From Orbicella franksi (Eukaryota): 64,000 bases of DNA. The notes below the pieces were generated by a model, which saw nothing but the letters and a program-made list of their open reading frames with translations, had not been told where the DNA came from and ran no database searches. Position numbers and translations under genes: made by a program. Location of the stretch: positions 30,194,001-30,258,000 of the forward strand of contig OZ116698.1 of the NCBI GenBank assembly GCA_964199315.1, given 5' to 3'. Numbering within the stretch: the stretch's first letter is position 1; each line of letters starts with the position of its first letter. This document shows positions 13,773 through 28,700 of the stretch, one piece after another.

Positions 13773-16700
13773 ATGGAGGCTGCTTTGGTACGTTTACCTC
13801 CTTCACGGTGTGAGGAAAACTCAGGGCTTCGATGAATATTATAATTATTGTTAAAGTTTTTATGTTTTTGTTACTTTATAGGAGGCCCTTAGATCGGTCT
13901 CCGATACAGATCAAGCCAAAAGTGCTCTTTCTTTGATACAAGTCTATGTGAACAACATAGTGAAAGATCCAGTGAATCCCAAATACAGAAAAATTCGAAT
14001 AAGTAAGTTTGTTAAAACGTTTGATATTTGTAAGTTAAATTGCTATCTAAGCGTTTTTAGAAAGCCTCTATTAAAGAACGTTCTCCTTATAACCCCATTT
14101 ATACTGGCATAGCAGTAATATCTTGTTCTCAGTGTTATTGATGTATACGCACATGTACGGACACAGGTACCCCAAGCTCGACACACGAGCTTCAGTCTGT
14201 TCTGTGTATGTCAAATGCAGCTGTAAAAATCATGTGTAAGTCCCACGCATCATAAATATAGCTGATTTCAAAAGAATTGGCGAGCCTTTAATATCTGCGA
14301 TGAGCTCCATCGGCTCTGATGAATCAGTGATCCAGTGAGGACTTACACTTTTGTGTGGCTACACATAAGCCAAGGTGCTCAAAATAAGTGTAGGGATGGT
14401 CCACACAGAAGATGCCAAAAAAAAAAGAGTGTCCAGTGCAGTTGGGGCTTTTTTTGAAAAACTGGAAAAGGAGAATTAATGAGTTTTCATCTTTTTTGCA
14501 TATATATTTTTTTAAAAAAAGGGGGCCTGGATACCGGGATAGTTCCCAAAATTTACCACTAGAGATCAGATGAGCCAACTGGTAGGTCATTAGTGCTGGT
14601 ACTAATACATGTAACTCCGGTTTCTGTGGCATGAAAATGTCAGCAAAACTAAATTGGGCTTTCAGAACCATCACAGTATAATTATCCTATCACAGTGGTG
14701 CCTTGACAAATTTTTAAATGGACTCTGTACGCTCATTTAAAAATGAGTGTACACTGTACTTTTAACTATTGATTTCACTGTTCATGATTGACTCAGAATT
14801 ACATCAATTTTCCTTTTTCGTTGATGTTGAAAAAGATCTATAGCCAGTGTTCAATTACCTTTTCTCTTGTTAAAATTAAATTATAGGCAATCCAAAGTTT
14901 AACACAGTCATCTGGCAGCTGGAACAAGCAAGGACATTTTTGCTGTTTTCAGGATTTGAGCAGGTTTAATTTTCATGTATAACTTACAAAGTATTTTTCT
15001 TTCTGATGTCACAACTCTACAAATACAAAATGTTTGATTGTAGTAAAGGTGCACCAATTGCATTCATAGTTATGTATATATGTGTACTTGTGTAGTTGTT
15101 GGTTTGTATGTATATGTTTTGTTATTTTGTTGAATAGAAAAGGGAAAATAACTGCTTCTTATTAAATCATGCAAGTAGTTTGATGAAAATGCTTGAAAAA
15201 GCTTGGAACAATTTGAATCACCCAAGTCCACATAAACTTTCAGACTTTTGCAATATTAAGTAGAAAACAGTCCTAAGAAAATACGTATGCTGATTGCTTA
15301 AAAATTGTGTTTCTATAACTCAATGGAAACACAGAGCTACATGTAGCATGAGCTGTTGACATTATGATGGTGCAAGCAAAGAGAATGTACATTTTGATGA
15401 TCAAAGTAAACAAGTTGTTTTTCTTTTTTTCGTCCCGGTGTTTTCTAAAAGAAATAGTTCTCTGTGTTTCTATCGAGTTATAGAAACACTTATGAGAGTT
15501 TGGGAGAACTAAACTTCCACTCGTGTTTCTATAACTCGATAGAAACATGGTACATGTTTTCTATTTCCTAAATAAAGGTAAATCCAGCAGTTTATATAGT
15601 AGGTGTCTGTAAAGTGGGATTTGACTATATATAGATATAGTCTGACATTTACCTTTTTTACATGCAGTGTATGGATATAGTAATGTGATTATATAGTGCT
15701 GTCTGCTTTTGTTTCAGGAAGGTGACTTTTTGGTTCTTCCATCCTCTATAAAACTAGATGGAGCCAAGTTGTTGATTGATGAAGCTCTTGGTATTTTACC
15801 ATCAAATCAAACAAGTCATGCTACCAGCGCTTCTTCAAATACAAGTCAGGCTAGCAGTGTGCTCAAGCTTAATACACAAAAAGGTAAGATGTTATTCAGT
15901 ATAAGCAATTTACTGGTATTTAATACACGGTCACAATCCTCTGATTAGGGATATTTCTCTCATTTAGTGGCAACTCTTATTACCAGTGGACACTTGTTCA
16001 TGGCCCAGGCCACACTCTTGTACAAATTATGTCAATTTTACAGTGTATACACATGTGGATTTGTAACCTCTATACATGTACACTGTGCACTGTAGATTGT
16101 AACCTCTGTACATGTATACTGAAGATTGCACACCGTATATTGCTTAGTATACAACCCTCTGACAAGAAGTGTACATGTACATGTAGGTTTCCTTTCCATG
16201 ATAATTTTCCCCCAGCCCTCTTCTGTTACAAGGTACAGACTAGCATATATTTTTAATTAATATCTTTTAAGGTAAAATAGAAACATTTGTCCCTTAATCT
16301 TATGGCAGCTGCAGTTAAGCAATGAGACTACATGGTCTCTTTTTTTCTTCTTATTGATTTTGCTCTACGTGTACACGTACCTTGTACATGCACCTGTTTA
16401 TAGAGATTTTTCTATGATCTGGGAAGCAATGATTTATATCATGACATGACGTAAATCATGATGTTATGGTGTAACCTTTCTGAGTGCGGTCATAATATGT
16501 ACTGTAGTAAATAAACAATAGCCTCCATTTGGCATGAAAATTAATACCCTTGGATATTAATTTTGTCCATGAATATTATCTGTTGAGAGAACAGGCAGTA
16601 GGGAGGGTTGGTGTGTTATCGGGATTTTCCTTCCCTAGGTAGTTGCCTTGTAAGGTTGACAGGTACAGTATTAGCCCCCTAGGTTTTGGCTTGGAGATTT

Positions 16701-19700
16701 CCATCCCCTAAATGGGCTGCTTCCCATGGCTAGTGAGCACTGTTGCCCAGGGTGTGGTCATTGCAGTGCCTGCAACTTCCAGGAGCCATACATGTATGTC
16801 AGAGCTGGCTGTTGCATGTGGACCAGTGCAGTTAAGCCACTCTGGGAAGAGTGCAACCACCCCCCTGGGAAGAGTGCAACCACCCCCTGCAGAGGTACGA
16901 CCACACCCAGGCAAGCCATACTCCCCAGTTTTAGCTGGGGGCATATTCAGTCACATGACACGTTTAGACCAATCTCATGCAAGTGGAAATATTTGATGCA
17001 TTATAATTACTGATATTTCATTGATTAGACTCTAGTTTGTTTGATCAAGATGTGAAGGCAGATCTTACCTTGCTCTCCTACATGAAAGAAATGGGTATGT
17101 TCACCATTAATTTACAATATTTATTTGATTTATCTTTTTTGTTGTAGCACCTAAAACAAGGTCATTGTTTTCAGTTTTTTAGTCCTGTACGTGATGCAAT
17201 GTTTTATGCAACTTGTCTCACAGTGCTTTCTGAGACAAGACCTGCAAGAAGATTGAAAGGTGTGTCCAACGTAACAGGGGAATACTGTTTGTTTTGCTTG
17301 TAGGTTATGATATTGTTGTCGCAGAGATTGCTTTAATTGCGACTAAAAACAAGGGGATTCAGCCAGCTATTGATTGGTAAGAGTTGATTAATGCGCTACA
17401 AAGTCTTCTGGTGAATACCTATTTTGAAAGATTTACACATTTTTAATAGGTAGGACAAAAATTATGGTGATAATTTACTGATTGAACGATTGATCAATAG
17501 ATCCATTGCTAGAGTGATGAAATTTTCAGAAAGGGAACCATTGTCAAACTGCTTTTAGTTACTGGATTGATACTTTATGTATATGGTCCACACTGCTAGC
17601 GCTTATTCTAACGCTACTCCCCATAGATGAGATGCTACATGTACTCCACCACAAGGTTATCCTGCCCCAGCAGGTTTCCATTTCAACTTTAATTAGCAGT
17701 ATGCATTTTATACTCTTGGGTGGAGAGAAGAGTTAGACCACCATAAAACCCACAAATTATCATGTTTACATACAGTACCACATACATACAAAGCATCTGA
17801 TCTCTATAACTATATTGCCAAAGTACATTATTATTCACTTGAAATAGCCAATTATTACTTGTACATCTTGTGTCTTTAATTTCACCCTACAAGGATAAAC
17901 CAGAATCCTAATAAAGCAACCTCAATAAAGTTGCAGCAATCAGGGACTAAAGTGGTAGCTACAGATGTACTGCAAGGTGACGCACATGATGTCAGTCAGC
18001 ACTCACTTGCAAGTAGCTCTTCACCTGCTGTAAGTTAGGCATATACAATGTACAAGCAGTTGTTATAGATGTATATCAAACCATCCAACCCAGCAATGAT
18101 GGTTTAATTTAGTAGAAATTCATGTGCCATGTTTTAGGATGAATATCAATTGCAATGCGAATAGATTTTGTCATGGATAACAAATTTGTGAGAGAATAAA
18201 ATAGAAACACTTATCAACCTAGTTTGTCATTTCATTCTGAGGGAAGATTTGTTCAAGCAATAATGTCAATTGTACAGCTAAGTATTAATTTAAACAGGTG
18301 TGTGACCCTCTCTATAATCAAGCATGTTGTTTCAATGCAATGCAATTCAAGCGTTTCATTATTAATTTATTTTTTGTAGCCCACACCGGTGCAATCTAGA
18401 TTCCAAAAAACACTAGATGAGAGGCACAAGTTTCAGGAAAGACTCAGGCTGGAGGCAATTGAGGAGGCAAAGTATGACAACAACCCCTTCGCATGTACAT
18501 TTAACTAGTGTCATTTTCTTAGATATCGTTATAAGTTTAAGCACAAAAGACTGACTCATCCATTCCTCCTCTAACCTAGTTTGGTGACCAGTACATCCTG
18601 TATCTTTCCTCATGTTACAAGTGTATGCTATGTGTACGTTGTTGTGCTTGTTAATTCCTACTAAATTTCTCATTTCCCAAACATGTGCGGTAACAATAAA
18701 CAAGAGGGGAGAGTGGTAAGGGTCAGATCACTACCAGGTTTTGACTTACCAAGTTGACTTAAGGTCATTCCCCAGTATAGGAGAATCTTTGCTTACAATA
18801 TTTGCCTCATTACCATAAGTGATACAGTTTCTGATGGAGCTACAAAGAGATTAATACTGAATATTGAAAGGGCACAGCACGATTAACTGTCCCAAGGAAT
18901 TTGAGTGCAATGTATCAAATACTTTTTGTGTGACGAGGGTTTAAAAGCTCAAAATTTTACAAAGAATGTATGAGCTCATTAGCGCTTTTGCCACACAGAA
19001 ATTTTGATGTTTTTGAAAGCCAATTTCTCCTCGAATATTACACCCAAAGAGCCAAAAATTTCACCACTTACTAAGTTTCACAAGCTCTTTAAGTTTTTCT
19101 AGCAAAATTGTGTCTAGCGTGATGCCTTCTATGCACAAAGTCGTATGTTTATGAGGAAAAACGTAAACAATGACGTCAGCAAAGATTCGCCTATTGCATT
19201 GCGCATCCTTACTGCACATAATTTATGGCGTCATTAGCATGCATTTGTGCACACACACATTGAAAACATGGCGGATTTGCCTTGATATTGAGTTCTGTCA
19301 GTTGAAAAATGACTATAGCTCACTAATGAGCTCGGGCACCCCAAATTTTTTTCCAGTCGTTTTAATCAACTAATCATTAGCTTTGCATGAGAAAAGACTG
19401 ATCTGATTTCTTTGTTGAAAATTGAATATTAAGTAAGGAAAATAGAAGCTGCACTGTAGTCTTTTCTATTTTGCAGTTTGATAGCTGTGGCGAGCAATTT
19501 GGTTCCAATATTTTAACAAGGATTCAGCTGTCTGTCAAAATCAAACTTAAAAAGTTTATTTGTGTCCAACGCAAGTATTGACTGTAGTTTGAGGCGTGTT
19601 TTCATGAGTCTGGGCTCACAAAGAGTTTACAATAACTTGGAATGTGTTCTTGTAATAAGCATTACATAATGCTAAAATGGGACATTTTCAATGCCTCGCT

Positions 19701-22700
19701 GCTCCTTAACGAGCATGGGCACCCCCCTTTTTTATTTTATAATTAAAGTTCTCATTTGGTAAATATTCATTGGACAAAGTTTGAACAAAAATCTATGTGC
19801 AGTTTAATTTCAGGGGAACTACCTTAAACCCTGCCATAACTGAATTCAGTCATATTATAAAGTTATTTTCATGTAATAATGTAATTGTTTTGTGGATGTT
19901 TCATAAAGTTGTGCATTGTTCTCACATGTTGACCTCATGAAGAATCAAGTCAGAAAATAATAAAATGGAATAATGACCTCAAACATACAATATGTGTAAA
20001 ACATCCAGTCATTGACAGCCATCAGGGTTATTGAAGTAATATATCAAACACAAAAGACCATGTTTGACCACATTTCCAAACACTGAGAAGAGAGCTGAAA
20101 ATATGATGTGTAGCAGGGTATTTTTGACGAACTTTGAGGTGTTTGGAAATTTGGTCAAACACTGTCTTGAGTGTTTGATATATCTTCTCAATCAAAACTT
20201 AAATTAAGGAGAAGATGGAGAAAGAAAATCGTAAAAACCTATGCTAATTTTAAAAGATCAGATATCCAAACATGGTCACAGTCATGATCTCCTTTGTTCA
20301 AACGTGATGAATTATTAATGAGTTCGAGAAGTGTTGATAAACCTGTATCTATTTTTTGCAGGCTGGAAAAGCAACGGAAAAAACTTCATAAGGAAAATTT
20401 GTTGAAAGATATGAAGGATGAAAAAGATGAAAAGTTAGAAAAGGTATGATCAAGACTTACTAGTGATAGAAAATATTCTAATTTTCTGTACAGTTAATGA
20501 CCACTGATAGAGTGCCTTTTTTGAAAGAAACACAAGAGAAATATAAAGTACACCGAGGTCAGGACTGGGGCTGTATACTTTATATGGTATACATGTTGTA
20601 ATCATGTACAATGTAACCCCGTTAATCAGGTCACCAACTGGCCGCAAAAATCTGGCCATATTAGCAGGGTGGCCATATTAAAGGAGTCCTTTAAATAAGA
20701 AAATGACTGACTGAGCTTTTGTTTGGGCCAAAATATAGTGGCCGTAATAACGAGGTGGCCATATATACAGGGTGGCCATAAGGCAGGGTTCCATGGTATA
20801 ATTAACTGACCACAGTTAGGCAACAGTTGGCCAACAATCAGTTGACAAGAGGTCAACAGATGGTCAACAGTCAGCTATTGGCTTTTGGCTGCTGTTTTTA
20901 TCTTTTCCCTTATGTTATTGAACTAGTGCAAGATCTTTAATACTTTGGTCCAGTTGTCCTTCTTGCAAGATTTAAGGACTAATACAAAGGACCACTGGTC
21001 AGATAAGATCTGCTAGTTTTGCCTTATAGAGACAGTAAACTACAGTATATGTTGTGCCACTCATACTTGACTGACAAACAAAAACTATATCCACTTAATA
21101 TTTTAATGCATCAGATGACATGCACTACCCACATGCCAGCTAAAACAATATCAGCTCACAAACCACTGATACATTAATTGGTAGGGCAGGCATTTTTTTT
21201 TAACCACTCACTACTAATGGTTTAGTCATGCAGGTCATACACTACCAACATAACAGCTCTTAACCTGCATGTCATCCCACACCCTTCCAATATACATTGC
21301 CTGGCACACCATCAGTGTATTGTTAAATATTTACTCAGGAAAAAATGTCTCAAATTATTAGTATTAAAAGCAAACTGGAGAGAGCTGGTTTCCTGAAGTA
21401 AATGTATGCACAAAGTAATGCTCTTATATAACTTACTACCAGGCAAAACATGCAAAACTTACAGAGAACACAGGTGAAGCATCAAACAAGGACATTATTG
21501 GTCAACAGAGTGGTAATAGTGATTTGCCAATGGTGGAATTGAGAATAAGAATTCCCGATGGTCAGGTATGACACATGTCAATATCCTGTCACACAGTTTC
21601 ATTGTTAAAGATTTATATGTGGCATGGCTCCTGAAGGAGAGACAAGCAAAACGTTGATGCCCTGATGATGGAATGATATTTACTTATTTAAGCAACATTT
21701 TATGAGAAATGCTGCACCAGCACATGTACACTGTACCTGTTAGTGTGTAGTAATTAAAAGAAAATATCACATAACTCAGACCTACATGTAGAATTGATAG
21801 ATTACCAGATCAAATGAAGTGTGAAGGCACATAATTTTCTTTTAAACATTCTTGTTAGTGGAGAACCAAGAATACAACAATGAACATTGTTATAATTTTG
21901 TCAAATCTAAAACTATAATGATTATGATTACATGTTCTTGAAGAGTTTGGTTTTTCTTCTCTTAAACAAGACCCAGAGATCAATTGACAATATACAAACA
22001 GTCAACATTGTAGTCTGGGTGAGTGATTGGCTGACAAATTTTTGTTTCCCTTTTTACCTTAGTTTGTTTTTTTTTCAGGTCTTATTGCTTAGTCTTCCTA
22101 ACAACACAACAATTCAAACATTATATCAGTGAGTAACTAGCACCTTTAATCAGCTAATGTCATTATTGTCCACTGGAATTTTCACACAAACTTTACATGA
22201 AATGAAAACTATTTTTGACAAAATAATCTATAGAGCGCTGTGAAATTCCCCCCCCCCCCCCCAATTTCTGTTATAAACAATACCTGCGACCTACAGGAAG
22301 TTCAAAGCAGGTGCACTGTTCAAGGATGATTTTTCTCTTTTGTATTACTCATTATTACCATGTATGTACCGGGGGTAGGGGCATTTGATCACCTAGTATG
22401 ACCGTAAGGTAGGGCATCTGGACACCATTTTTGGCCTGTGGGAGGGGAATTTGACCTAACTGAAAGTTCAAAATATCTGCTGCCCAGAAATGAGCCCTGG
22501 GGAAGGTTGATGTTGAAGTTTCGAATTCACTAATACTTTATGAAAATTCACCACTGAAGGAGAGAGACATAAAAATCAATATTTGATTTATTAACTTTAA
22601 TTGGCTTTTTTTTGTTTGTTTGATTATTGTTTTGTTTTCTTAGGGAAGTAAAAAATCACTTGCCATCAAATGACAGCCTAAGCCAAGATGACTTTGTTCT

Positions 22701-25700
22701 CATGACGTTGTTTCCGCAAAGAAGAATCTCTGACATGGAGAGTACCTTAGAATCAGCAGGTGAAACAGTAGTAAGATTACATTCAAACTCTCCTGACCGA
22801 TATTCATGTGTTTTATATAATTCACCTTGTAAGAATATGAATTTTAATAGACCCTTTCCTGTGATGTTCACGTTTACAGTTTTCCCCCCGCACATGTTTT
22901 ACACTTACGCTTATATGGTTACTTGAAACTTCGGGACGATTATAACATAATTATTTGCAAGGAAGATGATCATTATCCATTTATTTTTTACAGTCTTTTA
23001 CTTTCTTATCTTTCACTTGGATAGGTGTATTTCCTTTGTTTCGTCACCTGCCATCCGTTACTCAATAATGACAAAATTTACCGATCCATTTTAAAAAGAT
23101 TAAGTCCTAAGTTAAGCTTACGCTTAATTTTGGTCAGAAGCTTACCTTTGTTTCATGGCGGATAATTTGCTTCTTTAAACGCCCGATTGCATAAACTTCC
23201 GTTGTTGACAATTCTAGGGAAAGACAAAGGTGTTATCCTCTTAATAGGGAGCTTAAGCAAACCACGACGACGACGGGATCGAGACGCCACCAAACAAAAG
23301 ATTTGATGAGTAGAACAATGGCTGTGCACGTGCGTTATAAATCTTTGTACATTTCTTTATTGTCCTCTGCAAAACAACAACGTAAATGATCACGTTCTGA
23401 GTAGTCTGAGGAAAGGGGGACGACTAATTTTTCGTATTTCCATTTGGAATTTAGCTTGAGCACATTTTTAGAGCCAATGGTAAAATATAAATTCATTTTT
23501 GATTAGGCGTCGTCCTCGGCGTCGCCGTTGTCGTTGCTCAAGCTCCCTAGTGCTTGTTCAGGGTACTAACGGTAACTCGTTTAAGCCGTTCAGCTATTTT
23601 TTAGTCCACGTAGATTTGCTTCTTCGAAGTATTACTCTTGTTTGCATTGTAGAGCAAGGAGATAGGTTGACAAACGAATTAAGACTAGGCTAGGTAATTG
23701 CTTATTTGCCTAACATTTCCAACCGGTTCGTAGAAAAACGGGTGGTTTATCCGATTTCAACATTTGTACGTGGTAAAAAATAACATTCAAGGCAATAAAA
23801 CTTGAGGTAAATGACTTACGTAAAAACCTACCTCTCGACGTTCAAAACGCGAGTCGAAAACCTCAAAAGTGACGTGACCTCTAGCCGTTTGCCGTGGATC
23901 TCTAATTTCTGCTTTTGACCACTGTGAACTTAGCACGTGCAAATTCCATGAGGATTTCTTTACGTTTTGCATAAATTTGAACCACAAATGCTCAAAAATG
24001 GCTTGGAAACCCACTAAAATTACAGTGGCGACGACACCACGATAGGAACGCTGACGAAAACGTCTCAACTGAAACGAAGAATAATGTGCAGAACAAGGGC
24101 TGTACACATGCGTTATACACCTTGGTACAGCTCATAGCCGTCCTCTAAAGACCTTAAGAGATGGTGACGAAAATTTTCAACTAAATGTGAAGGAAAGATA
24201 TAAACTGTTTTGTAACCTTTCTTCAAGTCTTTGCGAAGAACATACTGACTTGGTTGGCTTGGATGAAGACAGTTTTGCAACTTGTTACTTCGCAAAAGTG
24301 GACGTTAATACAGAGGCTGGCGGGAGGGGGCAGTGTATAAATATAAAATTTACTGTATTTATATAAATTTTTGATTTATTAATTTAAAGGTTTGGCCCCT
24401 CGTGCGGCACTTGTGGTACAGAGGACCGATCAGCAAGGTGTGCTTACCCAGGGGGAGGGCGCAGGTAAAGTTTTTGTACTTTGTTATGTCATTGTTAGCA
24501 CACGGTTCAGCAGTTTTATAGGGTTCTAAGTTGAGCACGTGTTTAGCGAGCTAGAGACACCATCCCCTCCCGCTTACTTCGAGCTCGAACGAAAACCTCG
24601 TTGTAACCGTCAGGAGCTTTTGAGGACTGGGCAAACCTTGCACCATTGGGTGCAATAAATGACCGCAATACTGTGAGCAGCGGTAGCCTCCATAATCACT
24701 TTGTGAGATATTATTATTCGTCGTTTCGTGCCTTAAAATTCGGTAAGCCTAATCCCTAACCTAAACACAACGATCTTTTTTCGATATTTCCCCTGAGACC
24801 AAAGGAACTACTGTAAGAATTCGATTGAGTGCTCGGGGTAGCCCAAGTGTGAGCACCTATTGGAGAAGAGACGCTAATTAGGCACGAGGCGCTGATTTCT
24901 TTGTGAACATGTACATCGAAATGTGGTACAGTACTTTCATGAAAACCAACACAGATACTTTAATTCAAGAACTGTAACAATAGGAGCTCTGATGGTCACA
25001 CTGATGTTCAATTTTACCTTCAGAGATGAGAAATCAGACCTCATAATTTATTTGTCTTATGAGTCTATTCTATGTCAATTAATGTCTTGGATGTCACTCT
25101 CGCTATGGGTGTGCTTATTAAAAAGGGGGCTCTTATTGGAAGGAAAGGCACGAATTTGACAGCATGGAAACAGAAAATACTAATCTCTGAACTTGACCTC
25201 GATTGTTTCGTGCGTCACAAGACGTGACTTAATATATCGTAAAGTTACCCCTTTATACCTAAACATACACACATGACGCTGGTGAATCACTTTATACGTG
25301 CCCAACAGCACTCGTAGATGTCCCTCGGACTGCATGGCTGCCATGTGCAGTTGACGTCCGTAACAGAACATTTCATTGAAGTTTCTATCGCTATACCTTA
25401 TCAAACTATTGTTTTGTCTAACTATTCAATAACGTTAGGAAACATCTTGGAGTATTGATTGAATTGAAAGGCGGTAATTTTGGCAAGTATTTCGAGAAGT
25501 GAATTTCACCTGAATGCATATTCTGCGTCATTTAAAACTAGTGTTACGACAGAAAAAATCTGCTCGCGTGTTCTCTGTCTGCAAAACGATTTGATTGGTT
25601 CACAAACTCGCCAAATCACATGGCGGGAAAATGCTGACAGAACACATACGCAACGCTTCAACTAAGGACACGTGATTACAAGTCTTTAATCGAGAGGCTT

Positions 25701-28700
25701 CGTAACATCCATCGACAACTTTGTGAACGTTAAAAAATGTGCATTTGGTGTGACAAGGATTCGTTTTTGTTTCACTGCAAATTGATTAAAACGCAAAGAG
25801 ATCATCACGAAGTCTCGTTTTACATCATCCATTTAAGATTACCAACTGACTGAAGGCATGCTTGGTATATTTTGTTTCTCTTGTAGTTTTTTTTTATTTG
25901 TTTTTCTTTTTTTTATATATTTTTTTTTTAGTGTGAAATTTAAATCCACTGTTTTTGTTTTGTTTGTTGTTGTTTCTTCATTTTTTTCTCCTGGCTTGGG
26001 TTCTGTAAAATAACCAAGATAAAAAACACATTAGCAAGTTGCCGTAATTTCACCGTTTTGGAGCGAATTCCATCATGTGCCTTTGACAAACAACTTTACG
26101 CAGAGCTTGTGTAATGCGACCTTTTAATGATCTTTTACACTACATTTATACCCCAGGGTATTGCGCCAAATATTAGTACCGGCCCTCTAGAAATCTACGA
26201 CCATAACGACCCCCCCCCCCACCCCCCTGTCCAAGTTAGTAGAAACATACAACATTTACACCACATTCATTAGACGGAAATACCCCGCATGGATTGCCAA
26301 ACACCTATTTCTTGCAAAGGTATTCTGATTTTTCACTGAGCTGGTTATCAACTTCACTAGGACTTAATAAAGGTAATACAACCGCCGTAGCCAATTTTCG
26401 AAGCTGAAGTTTCAAGCATTAGCTCTGCCCAGACGAAGCCGGGTTGACGCTCGACGTCGACGTCATTTTCCTTCATCAACTTCATGTTAATATACAGATT
26501 TGTGTTAAACTTGCCCCTCGTCGACGCAGCCAAGCAGTTTCTCTGGGAACTAAACCCTATCACTCTCTTTTCTTCCCGTTGTAAGTGACACCACTCCAAT
26601 CAACTCCTTTCTTGAGAAGGAATTTTACTTTAGTTATAACTTGTAACTGAGACGGGTCTTTGTCAACTACATTATCTAAACTGATGTGTGATGTGTTTTC
26701 TATTTTAGTATATAGCGTAAGAAATGTCGCAAAAATGGACGATTGGCAGGAATTATTGAGTGAGCAAGGCAAACTTATTGTTGTCAAGTTTTACGCTTCT
26801 TGGTAAGTTCAACTTTCATTATGGCAAACACAAAAAGCTTCAATCACTGTCATAAGTCGTTGGGAACACCCAACCCCTTACTCATTTCCTCGATGCAATG
26901 TTAGATAGCGCAAGACACCAGAACTCTCTTTTCAGGGCGTCTTAGTTTCTAAGCAACACGTAAAGGTGAGAAAGGTAGAGACAATATACCAACAATGTGT
27001 AAACCTTTGTCGTTTTCAGGTGTTCCTTGTGCAGATCCGTTTCAGACGCATATGATTCTCTGAATGCTAGTTATGGAATGAACGGAAAAGTGTTGTTTGC
27101 ACGGATCAACGTCGACGAGTTAAAGGTTTGTCACTCTCATTAGCGTTCATATTGCCTTAGTTTGAGAAGAAAAATTTCGTCTGCGTTCATTAGGGGATAA
27201 TACAGAAACTCCTTTTGCCGGATCTCGCTTTCCGTCGTTCAAGAACGTCTCTAACACGCCTGTTCTTCGGGCTATAAATGAGTACAGATTTCTGTCTAAG
27301 TTTTCATTAAATCATTCAAAGTTTGTGATATATGGGGATGTGGATGCATATTGTAAACGTTTGATTCACATCACAAAAATTGAAGATGGGGTTAATTAAA
27401 ATAAACGAAATAAAATAAGGTGATTAAAGTTGTGCTGAGACACTTTGAATTTTCTGGTAAGTAAGTAAGTAAGTAAGTACTTTATGTAGACACATTTCAC
27501 CAGTGAGCCTGGGGCTGGTTAAACGAAACTCCTTCTCTTACTTCGAAATCAAGGAGGCGTGAAGTCTATATTTGCCTTGTGGCAAGTACGTGGTCCTTGA
27601 GTCACTTATAAGGTCCCAGCTGGTGATTAACCTGGCCGAAGCGACTGAACGTAAAGAAACGTATACCGTCCCGTCCTTCTCTCTCACCCTCTAAAATCAG
27701 TGTTCATATTTTATTTACAAGGTGTTGAAGTTCCAACAAAGAGTCACGTCGCTGCCCACATTTAAACTGTTTTGGAACGAAAAGGTACATAGTTTGTGTT
27801 TGTTATAATTTCTCTGTGTATTGCATTCCTGTTCGACGAAGTTTCACCTCTCCTTTGAACAACCACTCAAGCCGCTGTTGAATGGTGGAGCTGGTGTTCG
27901 ACATATGAACAATGTACCCTTGTTGAAAGCTCTTTGTAGAAAAGTTTTGACATGTATAGAAAATGCGTCTGGATCGACGCGCAGTCAGACGGAAAAGCGG
28001 ACTGTACTGTATAGGATTTTGTATGGAGTTTGAATGGGTTTTCTATAGACCTGGTATGGGGTTTTGTATGGCGTTTGTGTGGTTTTAGTATGGGTTTTGT
28101 ATGAAGTTGGTATGTAAAGTTTGTATGGACTTGGTATGGAGTTTGTATGGAATTGGTATGGACTTGGTATGGACTTGGTATGGACTTGGTATGGAGTTTG
28201 TATGGACTTGGTATGGACTTGGTATGGACTTGGTATGGAGTCTGTATGGAGTTTGTATGGACTTGGTATGGAGTCTGTATGGACTTGGTATGGAGTCTGT
28301 ATGGACTTGGTATGGAGTTTGTATGAACTTGGTATGGAGTTTGTATGGACTTGGTATGGACTTGGTATGGAGTTTGTATGGACTTGGTATGGACTTGGTA
28401 TGGGTTTTGTGTGTGTTTTTGTGATTTTGTATGTTGGGCTTTGTATGGAGTTGCTAGGTTTTATATGGAGTTTATATGGGTTTTGTATGGGTTTGGTATG
28501 GGTTTGGTTATTGAGGTTGCATGGGGTTTGGTATGGGTTTGCATGGGTTTGGTATGGATTTGGAATGTAGGTTGTATGGGTTTGGTATGGGATTGTGGTG
28601 GGTTTGGAATGGAGGTTGTATGGGTTTGCCATGGGTTTGCTATGGGGTTTGGTATGGGTTTGTATATGTTTAGTATGGGTTGGTATGGACTTTGTATTGA

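Noticed and set aside
16590-16996. GC-richer intronic island with overlapping Cys-rich ORFs and a 23-bp tandem duplication (16842-16887)
   Set aside because: The flanking exons splice in phase without it. It is probably a decayed retroelement segment.
26340-26700. Two overlapping minus-strand ORF pieces in an intron (...KGVDWSGVTYNGK..., ...ERQPGFVWAELMLE...)
   Set aside because: They look like a decayed coding remnant, but no family is recognisable and the frames are broken.
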